DNA of 64,000 bases from a virus. The position numbers were made by a program, and so were the translations under genes. The stretch spans positions 1 to 64,000 of IMG/VR virus record IMGVR_UViG_3300013099_000017; one strand, given 5' to 3'. Positions 46,478-55,164 of the stretch are shown piece after piece; within the stretch, counting starts at the first letter, position 1, and the number at the start of each line of letters is the position of its first letter. The notes beneath the pieces were generated by a model. The model saw nothing but the letters and a program-made list of their open reading frames with translations, was not told where the DNA came from and did no database searches.

Positions 46478-46893
46478 ATTATTATTCTTTTGTTGTGGAT
46501 ACAGATTCTTATGCTGGAAATTTTGAACGTGAAATGACAGCATATGTTACGGGTGTTCTTGGTGATTGTGAAGTTGGATTAGATGAATCGGTGTTGTTTC
46601 ATGATGAAATGGATTTAGATTTAGATGAATTGATGTATCAAAAACCAAATGAACAAGGTACTCTTAGACCATGTGCGATTGAAAATACAGGGATAGAAAT
46701 ATATGGTGGTGTTGCTATATATTTCTATGAAGATCCATGTGCATATCTTGATATGTTAAAAGAGCGTTCATTGGAATATGCTAAAAAGAATAACATTCAA
46801 ATATTTAGTTTTAGAGTTCAATATATTGAGGAAAGTATCAAAATTACAGAAATTGAATATGAATCATGTAAGGATAAATCATGGAACATTTAA
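46474..46893 (+). CDS. Hypothetical protein
   Basis: 139 aa, FVVDTDSYAGNFEREM.AY.TG. Confidence 0.6.
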   Translation: MNYYSFVVDTDSYAGNFEREMTAYVTGVLGDCEVGLDESVLFHDEMDLDLDELMYQKPNEQGTLRPCAIENTGIEIYGGVAIYFYEDPCAYLDMLKERSLEYAKKNNIQIFSFRVQYIEESIKITEIEYESCKDKSWNI

Positions 46894-46934
46894 TTGATTT
46901 AGATCAATGAAATTATATTCCAATGTGATATAGT
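46894..46934 (+). promoter_or_regulatory. FNR-box class II-type promoter
   Basis: TTGAT-TTAG-ATCAA (46894-46907), -10 TATAGT 46929-46934, no -35. Confidence 0.7.
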
Positions 46935-46973
46935 ATATCTGTAATTAAGAGAAACTTCCAAAAGGAAAATACA

Positions 46974-47339
46974 ATGAGAATGACAGAACAAGTTATTGAT
47001 GATCTGATTGAAAAAATGCCAAGTGGTTCCGGTATTGATTGTGATTATAGTTGGACAAAATCAAATGGTAAATTAATCCTTCATAACTCATTTCATAATA
47101 TGAATGATGATGGTTATTATGATGGTTATTCCGAGTTTAAAGTTCATTTAATTTTGAAAGATGATGGGGAATGGATTTTAGATAAAATTCGTTTTGCCAA
47201 AAGTATTACAGATCCCTCCACTTACAGAAAATATTCAAATTATATATTACTTGATTATCTTTACGATACTTATATATGGAATATTGAAGAACGTAATTTG
47301 AAAGTTGGGGATTTTAATAATGCAATGGTAGATTTCTAA
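46974..47339 (+). CDS. Conserved phage hypothetical protein
   Basis: PSGSGID...SFH.MN..GYYDG; follows FNR-box promoter and leader. Confidence 0.6.
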   Translation: MRMTEQVIDDLIEKMPSGSGIDCDYSWTKSNGKLILHNSFHNMNDDGYYDGYSEFKVHLILKDDGEWILDKIRFAKSITDPSTYRKYSNYILLDYLYDTYIWNIEERNLKVGDFNNAMVDF

Positions 47340-47635
47340 TGATTTTAGATGCTGATTATAATTATGGTGGTTTATTTGATTTTGTTTCTACTGCATTTCC
47401 TGAATATAAGAAAAATTCAAAATGGGGAAAACATAAAAGACGTTATGTTGAAATTTTGGAAATGAAATTCAAACATGATATGAATTTTGAAGAAATTGGT
47501 AATGAATTAATGAATTATCAAACTGGTAAAGTTGGTGTTTCATCAACAGCAGTAAGGGATTTATATAACAAAGCATTACGTTTATTAAAATCAAAAGGCA
47601 CAATACAAGAATTAAACATTGATAATTATATTTAA
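47339..47635 (+). CDS. Stand-alone sigma-70 region 4-like HTH protein
   Basis: R..EILEMKF...MNFEEIGNEL......VS...VRDLYNKALRLLK resembles sigma region 4.2 (TLEEIG...VSRERVRQI..KALRKL). Confidence 0.7.
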   Translation: MILDADYNYGGLFDFVSTAFPEYKKNSKWGKHKRRYVEILEMKFKHDMNFEEIGNELMNYQTGKVGVSSTAVRDLYNKALRLLKSKGTIQELNIDNYI

Positions 47636-47647
47636 TTCTGTTATTAT
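47619..47647 (+). promoter_or_regulatory. Sigma70 promoter (DUF2958 unit)
   Basis: TTGATA-N17-TATTAT with TG extension. Confidence 0.6.
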
Positions 47648-47678
47648 ATAATCTAACTTATCCATTAAAGGAAACAAA

Positions 47679-48086
47679 ATGTCAAACTTTAAAAAATCTG
47701 ATGCAGTTCAATCATTAAAAAATTTAAAACCATTTGTTCCAGCTTTTCAGTTATCTATTTTAGCAGGACTTATTGATGGTGAAGAAGGTCAATATTTTAT
47801 TGATACTGTTGTTGAATTGGATTATTTAATTCAACAAATGCCAAAAACTTATGAACAGGATGGAAAGGGTGATCAAGCTGTTGCTTATTTACATTATTTC
47901 ATGGGTGGTATGGATTGGTACATTACTGAAAAAGATATGGAAGATGAACAGTTTCAAGCCTTTGGTTTAGCTAATCTTGGTTATGGTGCTGAACTTGGTT
48001 ATATTTCTATTGAAGAACTAAAAGCAAATAATATTGAAATTGATTTACATTTTACACCAACAATGGTTGGCAATTTAAAGAAATAG
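47679..48086 (+). CDS. DUF2958-like protein
   Basis: MPKTYEQDGKGD.AVAYLHYF.GG.DWYITEKD, AFG.A.LG...ELGYISI.EL. Confidence 0.75.
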   Translation: MSNFKKSDAVQSLKNLKPFVPAFQLSILAGLIDGEEGQYFIDTVVELDYLIQQMPKTYEQDGKGDQAVAYLHYFMGGMDWYITEKDMEDEQFQAFGLANLGYGAELGYISIEELKANNIEIDLHFTPTMVGNLKK

Positions 48087-48391
48087 TGTTATACTTGTAT
48101 TTTATCACTTCACAGAAGGAAAACAAAATGTCCGATACTTATGACCAAGCTGAAAAAGCTATGAGAGATTTATTAGATGCTTCTAATGTTATGGGGTCTA
48201 ATGATGATATTGCTCAGGCTATTTCAAACGTGCTATTGAGAGAGCATAGAACGCTACAACAAGCATTTTTTCGTTCCTTTAAACAAGCTATGGATGGTTA
48301 TTCTAAAGGTGGCTCAGATGGTCGGAATGAGGGTGCTATTCAATTAGCAAAAGAAATCCATAACTCTGATGTTTATTTACCATTTGTTTAG
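48086..48391 (+). CDS. Hypothetical protein
   Basis: HRTLQQAF.R....DGRNE.A motif; the true start is probably the internal ATG (MSDTYDQ). Confidence 0.55.
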   Translation: MLYLYFITSQKENKMSDTYDQAEKAMRDLLDASNVMGSNDDIAQAISNVLLREHRTLQQAFFRSFKQAMDGYSKGGSDGRNEGAIQLAKEIHNSDVYLPFV

Positions 48392-48552
48392 GGAATATGA
48401 TTATGTATATTGTTCGTGATTTGGAAACGGGTCGTTATTTGATTAACCTATGATACAGTTGATGAAATTGAGAAAATTATCTTATCGTGGGATCATACTT
48501 GGCATGATTTTGAAGTTGTTAAATTAATTGTACATTCAAGAACAAACAGATC

Positions 48553-48594
48553 TTGATCTAGATCAATGTAATTTTGGATAAATTTTAATATAAT
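48553..48594 (+). promoter_or_regulatory. FNR-box class II-type promoter
   Basis: TTGAT-CTAG-ATCAA (48553-48566), -10 TATAAT 48589-48594. Confidence 0.75.
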
Positions 48595-48632
48595 ATAATC
48601 TGAATTGAGAAAAACTTCCAAAAGGAAATCCA

Positions 48633-48785
48633 ATGAACTTATTTGAATTAGACCAAATCATCAATCAACTGATTGAAGAAAATGATCCAAGTAATAATGA
48701 ATTAATTTCGTTTTATTACAGAAAACGTGATGAACTTGTTGTTGTCCTTTCTAAAAAAATTAATGAGATAATTAAAAATGCCTAA
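48633..48785 (+). CDS. Hypothetical protein (50 aa, not in track)
   Basis: ATG directly after the conserved leader; MNLFELDQIINQL... Confidence 0.55.
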   Translation: MNLFELDQIINQLIEENDPSNNELISFYYRKRDELVVVLSKKINEIIKNA

Positions 48786-49170
48786 TGTTAATATTACCGT
48801 GTATCATGTGATTGTTGGTGAACTTAATGTTGCCAATTGGAAATTAATTCGTGAATTGGCTTATAAAGCTGAGGACAATAAAAAAAGATTAACTGATATG
48901 TTTATCAATGGTGATTATTTTACTGCCGTTGCAGATATTACTAATTCTACATTAGATGATGCTTATCGTTTAACCAATAGCATCGAAGAAGGTTGGTGGA
49001 AAAATGAAGAAGTTACCCCACTATTTAAAGCAAGTGGTGCAAAGTCAACTGATATCGGTGATATAATGATGGTTGAAATTCCACTTGAAGCAAAAACAGA
49101 AAATGATGCAATCGCTCACTATGAATTATATGTAGTTGCTCCGATTGGTTTTGTTAAAATTGATGGATAA
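48778..49170 (+). CDS. YodL-like domain protein
   Basis: L..AY.LTN....W.....KSTDIGDIM.V......YVV..IGF.KI. Confidence 0.55.
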   Translation: MPNVNITVYHVIVGELNVANWKLIRELAYKAEDNKKRLTDMFINGDYFTAVADITNSTLDDAYRLTNSIEEGWWKNEEVTPLFKASGAKSTDIGDIMMVEIPLEAKTENDAIAHYELYVVAPIGFVKIDG

Positions 49171-49175
49171 TAATT

Positions 49176-49352
49176 ATGTTAAGATTAAAAGTTAAAGCAG
49201 AGGGCGATACTGAACAAGATTTGGTTAATGCTCTCGAAGAAGTAATTCGTTTAGTTGAAATTGGCAACCGTGAAGGATTTGATATGAATACTTCCGGTGA
49301 GTTCAATTTTGAACTTGAAGAAGATGATCTATTATATTTTCCGGAAGCATAA
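49176..49352 (+). CDS. Hypothetical protein (58 aa, not in track)
   Basis: MLRLKVKAEGDTEQDL..ALEEV.R....G..EG.D....G.FNF. Confidence 0.5.
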   Translation: MLRLKVKAEGDTEQDLVNALEEVIRLVEIGNREGFDMNTSGEFNFELEEDDLLYFPEA

Positions 49353-49359
49353 TGAAAGA

Positions 49360-49388
49360 TTGGTAATTTTATTTAATTGTGTTATACT
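49360..49388 (+). promoter_or_regulatory. Sigma70 promoter
   Basis: TTGGTA-N17-TATACT with TG extension. Confidence 0.6.
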
Positions 49389-49420
49389 ATGTACATATTA
49401 AGAACGGAAATTAATAAAAC

Positions 49421-49576
49421 ATGAAAAGGCTAAAGTTGAATCCTATGAAAAATCCAAGAAACCCATATTACAATCATCCTTTGATGTCTAAGTCTCATGC
49501 TCATGTAAAATCTGAGAAAGCTAAAAGACGTAAAAACAAGGTTGATTTAAATAAATCTGTTGAGCTGGAGAAATAA
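49421..49576 (+). CDS. Small basic protein (51 aa, not in track)
   Basis: RNPYYNHPLMSKSHAHVKSEKAKRRKNK; downstream of a sigma70 promoter. Confidence 0.5.
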   Translation: MKRLKLNPMKNPRNPYYNHPLMSKSHAHVKSEKAKRRKNKVDLNKSVELEK

Positions 49577-49577
49577 A

Positions 49578-49907
49578 ATGTTAGAATATGGTGATAGATA
49601 TATCTTAATTGAACATGGTGATGTATTTGCAGGTGGTTGGGATCAATTAATTGATTGTTTTGGAATTGATTCTGAAACACTTGAAGAATTTTGTCGTTTC
49701 CATGATTACACATATACACTCAGTTTATATAATTCTGCCGATAAACTTAATAACGAATTACATAAGTTGTACAAGTATTTGAGCCAACCAAATGAAATTG
49801 TTGATTCCAGCAACAAAGATTATGATGATGGAATTGATACCGGATTTGAACATATTGCTGAAAAACTAAAAGTGATTATTGAAAGTTTTGAAAAGGATAC
49901 TTATTAA
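49578..49907 (+). CDS. Hypothetical protein
   Basis: Likely start ATG 49578. Confidence 0.5.
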   Translation: MLEYGDRYILIEHGDVFAGGWDQLIDCFGIDSETLEEFCRFHDYTYTLSLYNSADKLNNELHKLYKYLSQPNEIVDSSNKDYDDGIDTGFEHIAEKLKVIIESFEKDTY

Positions 49908-50099
49908 ATGAATATTGGATCAAAGGTTTTAATTATTGGTGGTAATCATACAGGTGAATTTGGTACATATCTTTATCATAGTCATGATAGTGGTTATTAT
50001 GTGCCATTTGTTCTCTTGCCTGATGATCCTATTGATAAGTATTGTGGTGAACGTTTAAATATGAACTATCGTTGTGTATATGGTCGAGCAAGAAAATGA
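49908..50099 (+). CDS. Hypothetical KOW-like protein
   Basis: IGSKVLIIGG.H.GEFG. Confidence 0.5.
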   Translation: MNIGSKVLIIGGNHTGEFGTYLYHSHDSGYYVPFVLLPDDPIDKYCGERLNMNYRCVYGRARK

Positions 50100-50148
50100 T
50101 ATATCCCATTGTGGGTATATACTCCATTGTTAAATTATGAGATACTAT
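50099..50148 (+). promoter_or_regulatory. CCCA-N3-TGGG palindrome promoter
   Basis: ATATATCCCATTGTGGGTATATA-N21-TACTAT. Confidence 0.7.
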
Positions 50149-50205
50149 ACTTGTGGTGAGGGGAAAGGTTCCCCAATTAGATAAACTTCCAAAAGGAAAT
50201 TCAAA

Positions 50206-50562
50206 ATGGCTTATATTAGCAACGAAGATGTTAAAGAAATCAGAAACAATATTAAGAAAGCATTTCCAATTAAAGAAGGTTGGAAATTTTCAATCAGAAG
50301 GCTTAATCACAGTGAAGTAAATGTAGCCATTATGCAATCACCAAAATCACACGGCTTTGAAGGTGATGAACAAGTTAATCAATATTATATTGATGAACAT
50401 TATAAAGATTTGCCATTACAAAGAGAAATGTTGTCTAAACTTAATGACATCATTAAAGAAAAATGGTGGGATGAATCAGATTCTCAGAGTGATTATTTCC
50501 ATTGTGCTTATTACTATACAATCCATATCGGTAAATGGAATAAGGATTGTGTTTCTGTTTAA
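50206..50562 (+). CDS. LPD29-like (large polyvalent protein-associated) domain protein
   Basis: IR..IKK.FP..KFSIR....S.V.V.I, W.D.SDSQSDYFH.AYY..I.IGKW.K. Confidence 0.6.
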   Translation: MAYISNEDVKEIRNNIKKAFPIKEGWKFSIRRLNHSEVNVAIMQSPKSHGFEGDEQVNQYYIDEHYKDLPLQREMLSKLNDIIKEKWWDESDSQSDYFHCAYYYTIHIGKWNKDCVSV

Positions 50563-50603
50563 TTGATCTAGATCAATGTATTTTTTCTCAATCCTGATAT
50601 ACT
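50563..50603 (+). promoter_or_regulatory. FNR-box class II-type promoter
   Basis: TTGAT-CTAG-ATCAA (50563-50576), -10 TATACT 50598-50603. Confidence 0.75.
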
Positions 50604-50649
50604 GTATTTGTGATTGAGAAATAAGATAAACTTCCAAAAGGAAATCAAA

Positions 50650-50919
50650 ATGAGTAATTTTAATTCTTCCGTTATAAAAGAAATCGCTAATTGTACCGAA
50701 TATAATGATCATTGTCGGGCATTGATATTAGCATCCAAAATGTTGGGATATAGCAAACTTGAACAAGTTTTTACAAAAGTTGGCGAAATAGCAAACATTG
50801 AAGGTGGTTATGATTCAAAATTGATGGAATATCGTTATTCCCGATATCAAGAGTTAATGCTTCTTGCAGAAAATGACTTAACTGGTTTACAATTTCAAAA
50901 TCTTTATGGAGCATTTTAA
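50650..50919 (+). CDS. Hypothetical protein
   Basis: ATG 50650 after the conserved leader; YNDH..A. Confidence 0.6.
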   Translation: MSNFNSSVIKEIANCTEYNDHCRALILASKMLGYSKLEQVFTKVGEIANIEGGYDSKLMEYRYSRYQELMLLAENDLTGLQFQNLYGAF

Positions 50920-51207
50920 ATGTATCAATCCACTATAACCAACACAAGAGATTTGAAAGTTACAATTTCAAAAGATAACGATATTCGGTTTAAAGTTCCG
51001 GAAGATAAACAGGATTTATATGATCTTGATTTAATCGCTGATAAATTGATGGAATATCCTGTTATTGTCGAATCAACATTAACACTCAGGGGTAAATTGG
51101 ACAAACATAAAAAAGTGTCATTAACTACTCAAAATGGTAGTAAAGCAAACAGAAAACGCAATCGTGTTTATACTGTTTTCTTTGAAGATGATGAAATTTA
51201 TGTCTGA
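50920..51207 (+). CDS. Hypothetical protein
   Basis: 95-aa ORF. Confidence 0.5.
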   Translation: MYQSTITNTRDLKVTISKDNDIRFKVPEDKQDLYDLDLIADKLMEYPVIVESTLTLRGKLDKHKKVSLTTQNGSKANRKRNRVYTVFFEDDEIYV

Positions 51208-51254
51208 TAATTTTTTTTAGATATTGCAATATTAATAACAAAAATTTTACTTGC

Positions 51255-51557
51255 TTGTACCATTGGTCTAATTGTTATATTATTAGGAGCAAAATAATGG
51301 ATTCATATGATAAGTTTTTAAATGATATTGGTTCTTATGATGTTGTTTATCGTGATGTTAAAGTGGAAGATCAAAAGGGTGTTAATGATTACATCAACAT
51401 GATTTTGTTTTTTGAAGAATATGTTAATAGCATAGAAGTTTATACGGATATGTGGTTATCAACTGTCAATGAATGTCTTTATAGCCCAATTTGTGCATAT
51501 GAAGCATGTATTGTTAATGGAAATAAATATTATATAATTATTGGTATTGGAGATTAA
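51255..51557 (+). CDS. Hypothetical protein
   Basis: Likely start at the internal ATG after AGGAG (MDSYDK). Confidence 0.5.
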   Translation: MYHWSNCYIIRSKIMDSYDKFLNDIGSYDVVYRDVKVEDQKGVNDYINMILFFEEYVNSIEVYTDMWLSTVNECLYSPICAYEACIVNGNKYYIIIGIGD

Positions 51558-51746
51558 ATGTTAAAACGTGAAGAAAAAGTATTATATGATTTAATGGATA
51601 AGTGGAATACTCCAGGTGCAATGTCATATTCAGCAACAGCAGATTTTGATGAAGGGGTTGATATTGGTCGTGAAAATTGTGCAGATGAATTATTGTATGA
51701 ACTTGAAAAATTAATGAGGATTACTGAAAATGGTAAACTTAAATAG
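51558..51746 (+). CDS. Hypothetical protein
   Basis: 62-aa ORF. Confidence 0.5.
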   Translation: MLKREEKVLYDLMDKWNTPGAMSYSATADFDEGVDIGRENCADELLYELEKLMRITENGKLK

Positions 51747-52281
51747 AAATTTAATAAAATCTCAAAATCTTACAGATACAGATATATTGGAATTAGAACA
51801 ATTACATGAAACCCGTGAAGCTCTATTTCAATTAATGGCAGATTTGGATATTGATGATGATTTGCCATTACTTAGAACATATGTTGTTTTACTTGAATCA
51901 CTTGAATATAACATGCAACGTGTCTGGAAATTTGAACAAAATAAAGACTATCATACATGGTGGTTTAGATCTCCACATTGTACATGTGGTTGTGGAAATC
52001 AATGTAAATTACATTCAGGGTTCGTGAATTCTGAACAAAATTCTGGTCTTATTTCAGCATTAAAAACTTTTCGCAATGAATTTACAAATTTATACAAATT
52101 GGGATTAAGTATTGTTGGTGGTAAACAGATTGAAGATGGATTATATACATCCGAGAAAACCGATCCAGAAAAAAGTTTAGCATTATATAATTCATATTTT
52201 AATGTGGAAGATGGTAAAATTGTTTCCGTTGGTGAAGAACGTGTGCGTGATGGTGGAATATTTTGGATAGCTAATAAATGA
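51730..52281 (+). CDS. Hypothetical protein
   Basis: LEY.MQ..WKF.....YH.WW...PHCTC motif. Confidence 0.6.
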   Translation: MVNLNRNLIKSQNLTDTDILELEQLHETREALFQLMADLDIDDDLPLLRTYVVLLESLEYNMQRVWKFEQNKDYHTWWFRSPHCTCGCGNQCKLHSGFVNSEQNSGLISALKTFRNEFTNLYKLGLSIVGGKQIEDGLYTSEKTDPEKSLALYNSYFNVEDGKIVSVGEERVRDGGIFWIANK

Positions 52282-52478
52282 GTTGTGAATTAAATGAAGG
52301 TGTTCCTTGTGAAGATTGTACCCGTGATTATTGTCCGGATATGGTTAATGATGCATTAAGGGTGTGGTATGAGATTCATTCATCAATTGCATATCATGAA
52401 CAAAAAATTGAAAAACTTGAATATGAAAAAGTTGAATGGCTAAAAGAACATAAAGTTTTATTAACTTCATCAATATAG
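52278..52478 (+). CDS. Hypothetical Cys-containing protein
   Basis: C......CEDC...YCP. Confidence 0.5.
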   Translation: MSCELNEGVPCEDCTRDYCPDMVNDALRVWYEIHSSIAYHEQKIEKLEYEKVEWLKEHKVLLTSSI

Positions 52479-52487
52479 GAAATTAAA

Positions 52488-52808
52488 ATGAAAAAATTAT
52501 TATTAGTATCGCTTTTATTAATGAGTGGATGTTCGAGTTTACAACCATCCACATATACCAATTATAATACACCATATGGCAACGTGGTAAAGGCTACAGG
52601 TACGGCCGCAAATAACTCAGCCTTGGCTAACACAAGTTATAATTGTCCATCATGTGCCATTTCTGGTGGCAATGGTGGGGGTTCGAGAGGTATAACCAAT
52701 TATAATGGTCAAATGGATACGATGGGTAAAATTACCCATGATGCTATTCGTAGTTTATCATTTTCAATTTCAGACAAAATCAATGAATCAATTCGTGATT
52801 CATTTTAA
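52488..52808 (+). CDS. Putative lipoprotein
   Basis: MKKLLLVSLLLMSG-C signal peptide II/lipobox. Confidence 0.75.
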   Translation: MKKLLLVSLLLMSGCSSLQPSTYTNYNTPYGNVVKATGTAANNSALANTSYNCPSCAISGGNGGGSRGITNYNGQMDTMGKITHDAIRSLSFSISDKINESIRDSF

Positions 52809-52823
52809 ATAAGGAAATATATA

Positions 52824-53096
52824 ATGTTAGAAAAATATAAAGAAGGGGAATTAGAAAATGTAAGAAATCGCTTGTATTTTCTTCAAGATTTAAAAAATGT
52901 TTTAGAAAAACATAATGCTAATTTTGAAATTGAAACATTCCAAACCAGTGTGAAATTTACATATGATTTGAATAATGATGGTCGTAATAGTCAAGTTAGA
53001 AATTTATTAGCTGATTATTCAGGTGAAATTTGGGATGATGATATTCAACGTCTTATTGAAAATGAAGAAAAAGAACTTATATATTTAGGGAATTAA
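52824..53096 (+). CDS. Hypothetical protein
   Basis: 90-aa ORF with AAGGA RBS. Confidence 0.55.
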   Translation: MLEKYKEGELENVRNRLYFLQDLKNVLEKHNANFEIETFQTSVKFTYDLNNDGRNSQVRNLLADYSGEIWDDDIQRLIENEEKELIYLGN

Positions 53097-53099
53097 ATA

Positions 53100-53402
53100 A
53101 TGCTGAATAGTTTAATTATTGATAAAAATCGTTTAATTTCTTTACAATCTACATTTTTAAGGGATGATCAATTTAATTATAATAAATTCGATAGTAATTG
53201 TGAATTAAGTGATTTAGATTTTCAAGATATTTATTTACTTAATAAAAATTTACTGATGAATTTGGATTTGTTTATTGTTACTGATAAAGATCAGTATGTG
53301 GTATTTAAAAATCGTGTTGATGGTAATACGGGAACAATCAAACAACTGAAAACATTAAAAAGTTATATTGCTTATTTGGAAAGTCATTATGATGAAAATT
53401 AA
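53100..53402 (+). CDS. Hypothetical protein
   Basis: 100-aa ORF. Confidence 0.5.
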   Translation: MLNSLIIDKNRLISLQSTFLRDDQFNYNKFDSNCELSDLDFQDIYLLNKNLLMNLDLFIVTDKDQYVVFKNRVDGNTGTIKQLKTLKSYIAYLESHYDEN

Positions 53403-53589
53403 AAAAGTTTTGATGGATGTAAATGGTTTATATTATTGTGGTACACATGATAATAAAATTATATGGGATGATCATCCTGATTCTGCTACCGATATTAGAA
53501 ATTCCAATTGGGATTTTTATGGATGGGAAGTTGATATATTGGATAAAATGGTTTTAGAAGTTAAAGAATATGTGGAGTATTTTTCATGA
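53368..53589 (+). CDS. Hypothetical protein
   Basis: Likely start at the internal MMKIKK. Confidence 0.5.
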   Translation: MLIWKVIMMKIKKVLMDVNGLYYCGTHDNKIIWDDHPDSATDIRNSNWDFYGWEVDILDKMVLEVKEYVEYFS

Positions 53590-53843
53590 GTAAGTTCAAT
53601 GAACGTAAAAGGCGTAAAATTGAATTTTTATGTGATTTAAATAATGTATTAATAAAACATGATGCAGAAATCATTGCAGATATTCAATCAACAAATGGTG
53701 GTATGGATGATGGGATGTTTATGTATTTCGATTTAAATCAGGGGGATTATTGTCAATTTGATCAAGAATTGGATCATGGGAATGTTGAATGTCGCATTGA
53801 TTCTAATACAATTTACAATATATTAAATAGATTAAATAATTAA
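53586..53843 (+). CDS. Hypothetical protein
   Basis: 85-aa ORF. Confidence 0.55.
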   Translation: MSKFNERKRRKIEFLCDLNNVLIKHDAEIIADIQSTNGGMDDGMFMYFDLNQGDYCQFDQELDHGNVECRIDSNTIYNILNRLNN

Positions 53844-53892
53844 TATATACCCACAATGGGATATATACGAAAATGATATAATGTGTTAAGAT
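53843..53892 (+). promoter_or_regulatory. CCCA-N3-TGGG palindrome promoter
   Basis: ATATATACCCACAATGGGATATATA, then TGtTAAGAT at 53884-53892. Confidence 0.65.
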
Positions 53893-53921
53893 CATGATTA
53901 AACTAAAAAAAGGTAAATAAT

Positions 53922-54188
53922 ATGATAAGTTCTAAACAGGTGATCGATTTACATCAAGCACTAAACAATGGAAAAACCATTATGGTTGAATTCCTTAAAG
54001 CAGATGGTTCAAGTCGTGAAATGACATGTGTTAATAGTCCGGAAGTTGCTGGAATTACTGATTGGGATTATAAAGGTGGTAAAAGTCCGTCAAGTGGCGA
54101 AAATCATCAAGTTGTGTTTGATGTTGATAAGAACGAATTCCGTTCATTCTTATATTCAACTGTTCAGAAATGGGCTATTACAAAATAA
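53922..54188 (+). CDS. SH3/WYL_2-like (DUF2693-type) protein
   Basis: VEF.K.DGS.R.M.C......VFDVDK.EFRSF. Confidence 0.7.
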   Translation: MISSKQVIDLHQALNNGKTIMVEFLKADGSSREMTCVNSPEVAGITDWDYKGGKSPSSGENHQVVFDVDKNEFRSFLYSTVQKWAITK

Positions 54189-54349
54189 TCACTTGGGGTA
54201 TTAAATGACAAGTTGTAATGAGTGTAAAAAAACAGAAGAATGTCGTTATATAAATCTTGAAGAAACATGTTTAAGTTGTAAATTCGATACTATGTTTTTT
54301 AATTTTACTGATGTAGATCCATGCAATACATGTTTCCAAGGTTCAAATT

Positions 54350-54580
54350 ATGTTGCATTTGTGGATTATTTCAATGATTAAATCTTCAATAATTAAACCA
54401 CTAATAATTGTAATTCTTGTTGCAATTTTATGTGGTTTAATATATGCTATGGTTGAAAGTAAGAAAAATACTTTCACATTCTTAGATTATCAGGCACGTT
54501 GTAATGATGCAGGTGGTGTAGTTGTTTTTACATTACCGGATTATACTTGTTATGAAAATCAAATAATAATTGAACGGTGA
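54350..54580 (+). CDS. Small membrane-anchored protein (paralogue of 54811)
   Basis: N-terminal TM, C...GGVVV....CYENQI. Confidence 0.55.
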   Translation: MLHLWIISMIKSSIIKPLIIVILVAILCGLIYAMVESKKNTFTFLDYQARCNDAGGVVVFTLPDYTCYENQIIIER

Positions 54581-54810
54581 ATCAATAATGACAATGAATA
54601 GATTTATATTAAAAAATATAAAAACGGGACAATATCTTTGGATGTTGATCCTGAATCAGATCAAAAAATAAAACTTAATTTTACTGATGATATTAATGAT
54701 GCGTATTATTTTGATGATGAACAAATTTCATATCATCGTGAATATTATTTTGGTAATACAGATTATAAAAAATATAATCTTGAAATTGTTTATATTATGG
54801 GCGATAAATA

Positions 54811-55053
54811 ATGAAAAACGATATGTCAAAACTTGATTGGATTGTTGCTGGAACTATAACGTTTTTAATTGGTCTTGTGTTTATGGTTGCTATGATTAAA
54901 GGAGAGGCAAATAAAGAAATTTATGAAGATTTTAGTTCAGCCTGTTTAAAAGAAAATGGTATTGTTGTAAACAATAAAAACAAGATGGGGTTTGAGTGTT
55001 ATCAAAATCAAATTCTTGTTGATTATTATGATACATATAATAATCATGAGTAA
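54811..55053 (+). CDS. Small membrane-anchored protein (paralogue of 54350)
   Basis: N-terminal TM, C...NGIVV....CYQNQI. Confidence 0.6.
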   Translation: MKNDMSKLDWIVAGTITFLIGLVFMVAMIKGEANKEIYEDFSSACLKENGIVVNNKNKMGFECYQNQILVDYYDTYNNHE

Positions 55054-55164
55054 TTGGTATAAAGTCAAATATCTATTTTATAATGTATCTTTTGAAAGTA
55101 CATTAATTGCTGATAGCATTGAACAAGCTAAAACAAGATTAGGCAATAATATAACAATTATTGA

